Source of the DNA: Fonticula-like sp. SCN 57-25
Lineage: Eukaryota
Assembly: GCA_001724245.1 (NCBI GenBank)
Contig: MEDX01000014.1
Span: forward strand, 1-49,728
Length of the DNA stretch: 49,728 nt
Direction of reading: 5' to 3'
The position numbers and the translations under genes were made by a program. Of the stretch, positions 40,206 through 49,728 are shown in pieces (positions within the stretch are counted from its first letter, which is position 1; each line of letters opens with the position of its first letter). Under the pieces are notes generated by a model, which searched no databases, was not told where the DNA came from, and worked only from the letters and a program-made list of their open reading frames with translations.

Positions 40206-41194
40206 ATGCACCCGCTCATCTTCAAGGCTATGGCCATGGACGTGGCCGTCCAGACGGCCTGTTTCGTTGGATCGTACATTGCACGCACCGAGAGGTTTTA
40301 TGACTTTTCCGGTGCCATCACCAATGTGGCCGTGGTTCTGTCCACCTACCAGGGGCTGGACGTGAGCCACCCCCGCCAGGCACGCCGCCGATCTCTGTTT
40401 GTGGCCCGAGGCTGACGGGTCGCCGTAGACATTCCTGACGTTTGCAGCTGTTACGTGGGCATCCCGCCTCGGCCTCTACCTGTTCACGCGCATCATGCGT
40501 GCAGGGGGTCGCGATCGCCGCTTTGATCATGTCCGCGACAATCCCGCGCGGTTTGGCTTTTATTGGGCGATGCAGGCTCTTTGGATCTTTGCAACCAACT
40601 TTGCAGTGATTCAGGCGAATGTTCAGCCTGTGGCGCAGCAGCCGGCGCTTGGCTGGCTGGATGCCGTCGGCGCGGCGATCTGGTTTGCCGGATTCGCCAT
40701 CGAGACGATCGCCGATTATCAAAAGTGCGCCCCTTCCTTGCACGGCCGCCTCTTCTAACACTCTTATTGGAAAAGGTCGTCCTTCCGAAGCAATCCCGCC
40801 AATGAGCACAAGTTCATCACCACTGGGCTGTGGAAGTACAGCCGCCACCCCAACTACTTTGGCGAGATCGCGCTCTGGTGGGGATCCTACATTGTCGCCG
40901 CGTCGTCCTTTTCAGGCTATCAGCATCTCGGTGCGTCAAATTGATAAAGCATTGACAATTTGTCAACTAACCGTGTTTTCCCCTCTATTGCGCCGTCATT
41001 TTGTCCCGTTTGCAGCCGTTCTCAGCCCGTTGTTTGTGACTTATTTGCTGTCCAGGGTGAGCGGTGTTCCCATCCTCGAGCGGAATAACCTCAAGCAGTT
41101 TGGCAGCGACCCGGCGTACGTTGACTATGTCGCGCGCACGTCCAAGCTGCTGCCGCTCCCGCCCAAGAAGCTGCGCGGCGACAAGAAGCAGTGA
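40206..41194 (+). CDS. DUF1295 / steroid 5-alpha-reductase-like membrane protein
   Basis: [75 protein letters not shown]; 3 introns, the first GC-AG. Confidence 0.92.
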
Positions 41195-41438
41195 CACATT
41201 TCCCGCGGTTTGTGTAGCTATCAATTTGATTCGACGGTTATGAAATTCAACTTGAACGATTCTGATTGGTCCATTTTTATAACGGTTTGGCGGTTTTTTT
41301 TCAAAAGAACAAATTTTTCGACTTCACACTTGTTCTGCCCGCGCTGCCCTTTTCGACACTGTGATCTGCAGAGAGTCTGGATCGCACGCACGCAGTTGAG
41401 TACCCTTTGGTTCATTTCCACACACATTTTTAATCAAG

Positions 41439-44400
41439 ATGGAGCGGCCATTGCTCGGTGGGCGCACCCACAATGAGAACTTTCAGAACGTGGGATCCCT
41501 GCAGGAGCAGGTGGACGCTTTGTTGAAAGAGAAGAAGCAGAAGGGTACGACAACTACTTTTATTTCGTTTATTACTGCATGAGCGTATGTGCTCGTTTGT
41601 GTGTGTGTGTGAAGAGGAACAGTTTTGCATGATGATTCCTAGGTTGACTGACGGTCTGCACGCCAAAAGGCGGCTTTCCACTTTTAATTTGTGATGTCAC
41701 CAACCTCTGACAACCTGATACACTTCTGTTCCTCTATGCTGTGCATGTATTCCCTTTTATTTGTTTTGGCATGAATACTGACTTGTGCTATAGCGATGCA
41801 GATTGACAGCCTCGAGAGCTCGCTGAATGGCCAGAAGCGCCGCTACGACGAGCTCAAGCAGACGCACGAGGATCTTGTGCGCAAGTTTAATGAAGAGACG
41901 ACACAGTCGGTAAGGACGGCCGACGAGCTCTCGCGCAAGACGGAGGAGCTCAAGCAGGCTACCTTTCGACTCTCGAGCGTCGAGATGCAGCTTTCCGGCG
42001 TGAAGAGCACGATGAAGGACGAGTCTGACGAGAGCCGCCGCCTTCGTCTCGACTTTGAGTCGGCCGCTCGCCGCGAGGAGCAGCTCCGCAACGATGTTGA
42101 AAAGGTCAAGGAGGAGAAGGAGGCCCTTGAGGCACGTCTCTTGTCACTCGAGTCGCAGGTTCGCAACGAGAGTGCTGCGCGTCAGGCATCGGACGAGCGC
42201 GCGAACGGCCTCGAGTTGCAGTCGTCCGCGGGCGGGCTCAAGCGCAGCACGTCGTACGGCACGGGGCTTACGGAAGGGTCCGAGTGGCGCGAAAAGTACG
42301 AGACGGCCAACGCAAAGATTGCCGAGCTCAAGGCGTCGCTGCGGTCCATTCAGGCGGAGAACATTGCCGCCATGGACGAGGCCGAGACGACCCGCCAGCG
42401 CCTCGCCAGCGAGAACGAAAAGCTCAAGGCTGAGGTGCAGTCAACGCGCTTTGAGATTGCCAACCGCGTCGCGGCGCACGAGAAGGAAAAGGAGCGCTAC
42501 ACGAGCGGATCGAGTGCTCGCATCGCCGCGCTCGAGGACGAGGGGCGCGCCCTTGCGGCGGAGCTTGACGAACTGCGCCCGGCCGCCATCACTACCCGCA
42601 GGGAGCTTGACCGCGTCAACGCGCAGCGTGACGCTATGGCCGCGCAGATCCAGTCGCTCACGGCGCGCGTTGAGGAGGCCGAGGCCGCCGTCTCGCCGAG
42701 CCTCAATGACGCCCACGCCCTCACGGCGCGCGTCGCCGAGCTCGAGTCGGCTCTTGCGCAGGAGAAGGAGAGCGCTGTCTGCGCCAACGAGGTGCTTGGC
42801 GGTCTGCGCGCGCGCGTTCGCGAGCTGGATGCGGTGATTGCCGCGTCGGCGCAGGAACGCAGCAAGCACGCGCTGCGCTCCGAGGCGCTTGAGGCCGAGG
42901 TCGAGTCGCTCCGCCGTGCGCTTGACAAGGCCAAGGAGCAGCAGAGCATTGCCGACGAGGTCCGCGAGCGCGCTGCCGAGCACAAGACGCGCGCGAGCGA
43001 CGTTGAGGCACTTCTTGCTGTCGCCGAGCAGAACGCTGTTGCCGCGGCTGAGCGTGAGGCCGCTGCTGCTGAGCGTGCGGCTCGCCTTGAGCAGTCGCTT
43101 GAGGAGGCGCGTGAGGCCGAGCGCAAGGTCCAGATTGATCTGAGCAACGAACGCGCCGCTCGCATGGTGAGTGACGACACGGTGCAGGAGCTGAACGAGA
43201 TGCTCGCTGCTGCCGAGGACGCCAAGGCTGCCCTGGACGCGTCGCTCGCCGAGGCAATTCAGCGGGCCGAGTCTGCCGAGCAGGTTGGCAAGGCCGCCGT
43301 GGCTGCCATGGAGAAGAAGCTCGAGGAGATGTCGGCGCAGCAGGGCGAGGCTGAGCAGCAGAGCTCGTCTGCCCACGAGGCTGTTGTCGAGGAGCTGCGC
43401 GCCGAGATTCTGTCGATGCGCGGCACGATCGCGTCTGGCCGCGCGCACATTGAGTCGATGCAGAAGCGTCACGATGACGAGATGCACGCTCTTGCGGACG
43501 AGTATGAAAAGGAGCGCGCGACGATCCTGGCCGACATGAACGAGACCGAGGTGGCCCTGGAAGAGACCAAGGCGGCGCTGTTGGTCAAGGCACACGACAT
43601 CGAGACGGTCAAGCAGGAGATGGCCACCCTCGCGGGGAACGTGGAACGGTTGAGCGATACGCGCACCGAGTTGGCCGAGATGAGGGAGGCCGCTGCCCTG
43701 TCGGCCGCCGAGAACGAGGTGGTCATTGAGTCGTTGAAGAACCACAATGAGTCGCTCGAGGCGCGCGTTGAGGCCCTCAAGGCAGCTGTTGAGCTCCGTG
43801 AGCAGGAGGCGTCGGCTATCGCTGCCAGTGCGGCCGAGGCCCGGGCCACTGCCGACGCTGCCGAGGAGCGCGCCGCTGCGGCCGAGGAGCAGCTTGAGGA
43901 GGCTCTGGCGTCCAAGACGGCGGCCGAGTCGCGTCTGGAGGCCGCCGAGGCCGGCAAGGTAAAGGCGGAGGCGGCCCGCGAGGAGGCGGTGGCCGAGGCT
44001 GTCGCGCGTCTCGCCACGCTGCAGGAGCTGAGCGACCTGCTTGCTTCTGCGCAGGACGACATGGCGGCGTCGGCGAGCGACAAGGCGCTTGCCGAGGAGC
44101 GCTCCAAGGCGCTCGAGATTGAAAAGGCGTCTCTTGTTGAGCAGCTTGCCGCATCTTTTGCCGAGAGCGACGCCAAGCTCAAGGCTGCGGACGAGTGTGT
44201 TGCTGCTGCCGAGCTCAGTGCCGCCGAGGCCACCAAGGCTGCCGAGGAGGCCCTTTTGCGCGTCGCCAACGCCGAGACGGCCGCCGAGACTGAGCGCGCC
44301 AAGTGCGCCGCTGCCGAGGCGTCTGCCCAGGAGGCCTCTGCCGAGCTGTGCCGCGTGCGCGAGGAGGCGGACGCTGCCGTTGCCGCTGCCGCCGCTCAGG

Positions 44401-46580
44401 CGGAGCGCGCCGTTGCCGATATGACCGCTGCGGTTGAGACGAGCAAGGCGCGCACGCTTGACGCTGCCAAGGCTCGCGCTCAGCTGGCTGTTGCCGAGGA
44501 CAATGTGAACGAGCTTGCCGAGCTGCTTGACGTTGAGATGGCGGCCCACGCGACCGCTGCCGCTGATGTTGAGCGTCTTACGCACGACCTTGGCGTTGCC
44601 AAGATTGCCGTCAACGAGCTGGAGCAGGCGCTCGCCGACGCTGTTGCCGCCAAGAATGAGCTTGAGGCTGCGCGCGCGGCGTCGACCGTGTCTGAGGATG
44701 AGCTTTTGGATGTTGTTCGCGAGCGCGATGCTCTCACTGTGTCGCTTGCCGAGTCTGCGTCCGAGATGAAGGAGTTGCAGGTGGTCGCCGATGAGCTGCG
44801 CGAGGCCGCTGCCGAGACCACGGCGGAGCTTGAGCGCCGCACCGAGGAGCACCGCCAGGCGGTTGCCCTTGTCGAGGAGAAGGAGGCGGCCATTGCTGAG
44901 CTTGCCGGCAAGCTTGACGCCGAGGAGGCGCGTGTGGCTTCCGCGCTTGAGCAGCTCGAGGAGCGCGAGGCGGCGCTTGCCCTTGCGCGCGAGTCTGCCG
45001 CTGAAGCTGCTGCTGCCGTTTTGGCTGCCGAGGCCGCTGCGAACGAGCGCGTGGCCGAGGCCGAGGCGCGCTACATGGCCGTGCGCGACGAGCGCGTTGA
45101 GCTGCGCACTGAGCTGTGCGAGGCGCGCGACCAGATTGAGGCTACCGAAGCGCAGTTTGCTGCTGCCCGCGCTCTTTCCGACAAGATTCAGCTTGAGGCG
45201 GAGCGCGCGCAGGCCGAGGTTGGCACAATGCTCGCCAAGGTCGGTTCTCTTGACGCACTGTATGAGGAGCACTGCGCGGCATTTAGCGCGGCTGTTAACG
45301 AGGCGGAGGAACACATGTTTGTCGCTGTCGAGGAGGCGCGCCGCGAGGCTGCGTCTGAGCACGGTGCTGCCTTTGCCGAGGTGAACGAGGCACTGCAGCG
45401 CGCCGAGGCCATGTGCGAGGAAATCCATCTTGAGGCTGCTGCCGCGGCTGAGCAGCGCGTTGCCGAGAGCCAGCGTCGCAAGGCCCAGGTGGCGGAGGCG
45501 ATTGCCCGCATCGAGGCTGAGGGTGAGGCTGCTCGTGCCGAGCTCGTCGCTCGCTGCGGCCGTGTGGAGGCCCAGCTTGCCGAGGCCGAGGAGGCTCTCC
45601 AGGGCGCGCGTGCCGAGCTGGCCGCTTCCCAGGAGGGCGCGTCGGCGTCGCGCGCCGAGATTATGACGCAGAAGCGTCGCTGCATGGACCTTGCCGAGAA
45701 GGTGTGCATGCTCGAGGCTCGCGGCGAGGAGCTTGAGGCCGATCTTGCCGCCAAGGAGTCGTCGCTGGACAACCTGCGCACCGTTCTCGGCGAAAAGTCA
45801 GAGGCGCTTGAGGCGGTGGAGAGCGAGCTTGCGGCCGCCCGTCTCAGCGGTGAGGAGCGTGTGGCTGCTCTGGCCCAGTCGACCAGCTCGTACGAGGCGT
45901 TGACTGCGCGCTACGAGGAGGCAACAGCTGAGAAGGCTGCCGCCGTTGAGGCCCTGCGCGGCCTTGAGAGTTCTGTGGCGGACAAGGAGGCGGCGGTGCG
46001 CGCGCTCGAGGCGACCGTCGTGCAGCTGCGCGCCGAGCTGGAGCTTGCGCAGGCTGCTGCTGCCGCTGCTGCCGTTCCGGCCACGCCGTCGCCGTCGCAG
46101 GCCTCCAAGCGCAAGAGCCCGACTCAGCACGAGGAGCGCTCTGCCAAGCGTCACGAGACGATGATGGCTCGCCCGGCGACTCGCGCGACGTCCATCTCGG
46201 GACCGCAGACGCCCGGCCGCTCGCGTGCTGTTGCTTCGTTTATTCCGTCGCCGCTTCCCGCGCCGTCGACCGAGAAGAAGAACTCGAGCGTTCCTGCTGA
46301 TGCGGCGGTGACGCCGAGCCGTGCTATGCGCCCCCCGGTGCCTCGCGGTGCTGTGGCCGCTGCGGTGGCGGCCGTGCAGGCTGCTGCTGCTGCCAATGCG
46401 CAGGCGGCAAGCCCCGTGGCTGCGCTTCCGGTGCGCCCGGCGGGTCCTGTTCGTGCTGCGGTGCCGCCCAAGCGTGCGGCTGTCGCCGAGAAGGTGGCGG
46501 CGATTAATGCGGCTGAGGGTGCTGCGCCGGCGGCGGAGGGTGCCGATGGCGCGACCACCGAGGAGTGCAACATGCAGTAG
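41439..46580 (+). CDS. Very long coiled-coil protein (~1630 aa) with C-terminal NLS, S/TP sites and CaaX box
   Basis: 1594-codon Ala/Glu-rich heptad ORF plus predicted short exon 41439-41544 (intron 41545-41793 keeps frame); tail KRKSPTQHEERSAKRH and terminal EECNMQ. Confidence 0.85.
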
Positions 46581-46946
46581 AGAGGAGAGAAAAGTGAATG
46601 GCCAAGGAGCGCATTTGTGTATTATATTTGCTTGATTAGGTTTTGTATTTTGAGTCGTTTTGAATATATCAGATAATCATTTTAAGAGCCTTGAATTCGC
46701 ACAAAAGACTGGATATAATAGTAGAGAGGACATGCTTTAAGTCATGTTTGGATGGTTTCTATGCTTTGTGGCAGGCTGGTATTGGTTATATTGTGGTTAT
46801 CATTCTTGTCATACTCTGGCATTGAACCCTGTCCATAGGCCCTATCGCCGCTCTTTTAGTATCTCTTACTTGTCTGTGATTGGTCGGTTCTCCTGTCTAT
46901 CACGTTTTGACGGCCTGCATACCAGGGAGCTTTCTGACGTGCGACC

Positions 46947-47672
46947 ATGTCAAAGATCGAGGTGATCGGCGCCGGCTTTGGCCGCACGGGGACGATGTCG
47001 CTGTACCATGCGCTGAATGAGCTTGGGTTCAAGTCGTATCATATGCGCGAGGCCATGACGAACAACCATCTCCCGCTGTGGTGCGACATTGCCGATGGCA
47101 CCGCCAGCTATGATTCTGTTCTTGGCAAGTACACTGCGACGACCGACTTTCCCGCCTGCACGCACTACAAGGCTCTTCTTGCGCTGAACCCGACGGCCAA
47201 GGTGATCATGACCGTTCGCGAGGCGGATTCGTGGTACGAATCTGCGCGGCAGACGATCTTTGCCGCGCACCATCATGACAATGAGGTGTATTTGTACGTG
47301 CTCGGCCTGATCCCGCAGATCGGCAGCATCAACACGCACATTCAAAAGGCGATCCTCGGCCCCGTCTTCAAGGGAGTGGACCCGCTCAATGATCGCGAGG
47401 GCGCCATCCGCATTTACAACGAGCATATCGAAGATGTGAGGCGATCGGTGCCAGAGGGGCAGCTGCTCATGTTCAGCGTGCGCGACGGCTGGGAGCCGCT
47501 GTGCGCCTTCCTCGGCGTGCCGGTGCCAAAGACGCCGTTCCCAAAGGGAAATGACGTTGACGATTTCAAGGCGAGGATCAGAAACATGATCATCGTCGAC
47601 AGGGTCATCGCCATCTCCCTTGTCGCCGCGGCATCGTGGGCCGCGTGGAAGGTGATCAGCGCGTTCTTGTAG
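46947..47672 (+). CDS. Sulfotransferase-like P-loop protein (Sulfotransfer_4 type) with C-terminal TM
   Basis: VIGAGFGRTGTMSLYHALNELG..YHM, TDFPA, AKVIMTVREADSWYES, DGWEPLCAFLGVPVPKTPFP; intronless. Confidence 0.88.
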   Translation: MSKIEVIGAGFGRTGTMSLYHALNELGFKSYHMREAMTNNHLPLWCDIADGTASYDSVLGKYTATTDFPACTHYKALLALNPTAKVIMTVREADSWYESARQTIFAAHHHDNEVYLYVLGLIPQIGSINTHIQKAILGPVFKGVDPLNDREGAIRIYNEHIEDVRRSVPEGQLLMFSVRDGWEPLCAFLGVPVPKTPFPKGNDVDDFKARIRNMIIVDRVIAISLVAAASWAAWKVISAFL

Positions 47673-48011
47673 CCATCTTTTGTTGAAGCGCTGCTGCTAT
47701 TGTGTTTTTGTTTGTCGCCGCCGCCAAATACAGAATGAAAGTTATTTGCCATCCTGCTGACATCGGCATGTGCTAGATTCCAAGATGTTGAGATGTTGAC
47801 AGGCACAAGTACCGTACAGTTCCGGGTGGTCCACATTCTGACAACACTGTCCACACAATGAGAGAACATGCAATACATACTACACTCCTTATCAGCTGTA
47901 AGCGTTTCCTGTCGTATTCGCCTGCGCCGGTGCTTAGCCCAAATCTACCTGTGGCAGCATTGTCACAAGATCTGACGCGTCGTGAACGGTGCGCGCGCTC
48001 TGCCGGTGATC

Positions 48012-49728
48012 ATGTGGACACCTGGACGGTCGCCACTCAGCTCGTCTGCGCGGCCGCGCCCCTCTCCCTCGGTACGTCCTTTATTCTTTTTCTCGATGGC
48101 CGCACTTTGCTTTTGGTGCCTTCTTTCCGCGCACTTGCTCAACTTTGCCCTTTTCCTTTACAGGGAGCCGCCTCGGCCGGTCAGCTTGTCGCCTCGCATG
48201 ACCGTCATGTCTTTGCCGTTGATGGCGACTGCCTCTACTTTAGCAGCACGCTTGCCGGCGCCAATGCCCCCCCCGCTGTCGTTTCTGTTGCTCTGCCGTC
48301 GCAGCCGCAGCAGGTGCTGATCAGCCGCACGGGATCGTACCTCGCGGTGGTGGGCCGCAAGGGCGTCGCGGTGGTGCTCGTGGGCGATGCGCCAAAGTGG
48401 AACCCGACGTCGGCGAGCGCGATCAAGGCGGTGAACTTTATGCTGCCGATCCCCAGCTGGGCCGATGTCGCTAGCGCGTCATGGCACCAAATGTCAGAGT
48501 CGGATTCGCACATTGGCGTGCTCTTGGCCAACAGAAAGGCCGGCACATCAGCCATCCAGTGCGTCCATTTGCTGCGTGTTTCATATTCATTTGCTATTCA
48601 TTTTCCTACTCTTTCTCTCTTTTTTTGAATAGTTTTGTTTGCTAACATTGAATGCAGCCTGTATGATGTCCGGGATCGCTCCGACAATGTCGTCACGCAG
48701 ATCTTTGACACGACAATCCGCACAGGTACGATTCCCATGCACAATATATTTGAACGTCTACGTCTATTTGTATGTGTATGTGCTTGTGTGTGCATGTATG
48801 GGTATGTATTGGTAACCATTGTACTACGTGTATGAGCGTCTATGGGTATGTATGCTTATGTGAATGTGAATGTATACTTTATTCTTTTTATGCACTTTTC
48901 TGTACTTTTATGAGCTTTTTATCTACATTTTGTGCATATTTTCCTCTCTTTTCACTCCCTCTTCACTCACCCTTCCTTCTCTTTCCAGCCGACGGCGTCT
49001 CGCTCGACCCCCTCGACACGCCCATCTCCCTCTGCTTTGGCCCCAGCACCGCCGGCTGGAGCGGCCTCACCGCCCACGTGCTCACCCGCGGCGGTCAACT
49101 CCTCGAAATCTGCCCAATTGTGCCCCTTTCCAGCCACGTGGCCGCCCCTTTTATCGACGCGCTTCTTGATGCTGCACGTGACGACGCTGCCGCGGCAAGT
49201 GCGGCGACCGCCCATCGTCGCCCTGGCGCAGTGTCTACGTCATCTATGACGTCATCATCTGCTGGTGCGTTTTCTCTTTTTGCCTCTTTTTGCCTCTTTT
49301 TCTGCTGCTCATACTTTATTTTCGTCTTTTTTCCGTCTTTTTTCGTCTTTTTTCGCCCTTTTTGCCTCCATTTTAGCCACTTTTACTTCTACTTTTGATG
49401 CATCCACACCCCCAACTCTGCCCCAAACATCTTCCCTTTCCCTTTCCCAAAAACGAAACGCCGTTCGCGCGCTCTGCTTTGCCGAGCACCTTTCCTCGAT
49501 GCGCTCGCTCGACCGCGACGCCGTGGCCGCCCCCCTCGTCGCCACCCTCAAGGGCCGCCTTCTAGCCGCGCGGCCACGTGTCCAGGGCCCGCTCGGTATT
49601 GTGTCGGGTCGCGAAGTGCGGGCGGATGCCTCTGGTCTCCTATTGGTGGAATTTGCGAGGGGAAGGCCGGTGGTTGTTGTGGCGTATGAGGATGGTCAGG
49701 TGGGCGTGTTTAGTCATCAGGAGAGTGC
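48012..49728 (+). CDS. Nucleoporin Nup82/Nup88, N-terminal beta-propeller (runs off window)
   Basis: QVLISRTGSYLAVVG, ASWHQMSESDSHIGVL, LYD, ISLCFGP...WSGLTAHVLTRGGQLLEICPIVP, PRVQGP; multi-exon, boundaries approximate. Confidence 0.75.

Noticed and set aside
42441-45428. 995-aa minus-strand ORF opposite the coiled-coil gene
   Set aside because: Antisense shadow of GAG/GCC-rich codons; no independent coding signal

Overview
Compact, GC-rich eukaryotic nuclear DNA with short (mostly 45-60 nt) introns, donor consensus near GTRCGY. It is probably an early-diverging opisthokont (inference): it carries fungal-type genes (Hog1-like MAPK, SAP+Ydc2/Cce1 resolvase) alongside animal/amoebozoan-type genes (single-chain DPYD, nitrilase-fold UPB1, GLMP/NCU-G1). 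In order: actin 3' end, eIF3a, an internally duplicated orphan gene, a signal-peptide JmjC protein, a ~4.4 kb gene-free island with a palindromic satellite, a Hog1-like MAPK with TDY, SDHB, bHLH-ZIP, SKP1, a Cys-rich GPI-type protein, the pyrimidine cluster, ribophorin I, Ydc2, Med15-like, PGM, BRE1, GLMP-like, tRNA-Gly(CCC), DUF1295, a 1.6k-aa coiled-coil with NLS and CaaX, a sulfotransferase-like protein and the 5' part of Nup82/88. The standout is an uninterrupted four-gene cluster (19988-28157) encoding the reductive pyrimidine catabolic pathway (DPYD, UPB1, AGXT2/PYD4-like, DPYS), an operon-like metabolic cluster in a eukaryote. All calls are by manual motif recognition; no searches were run.
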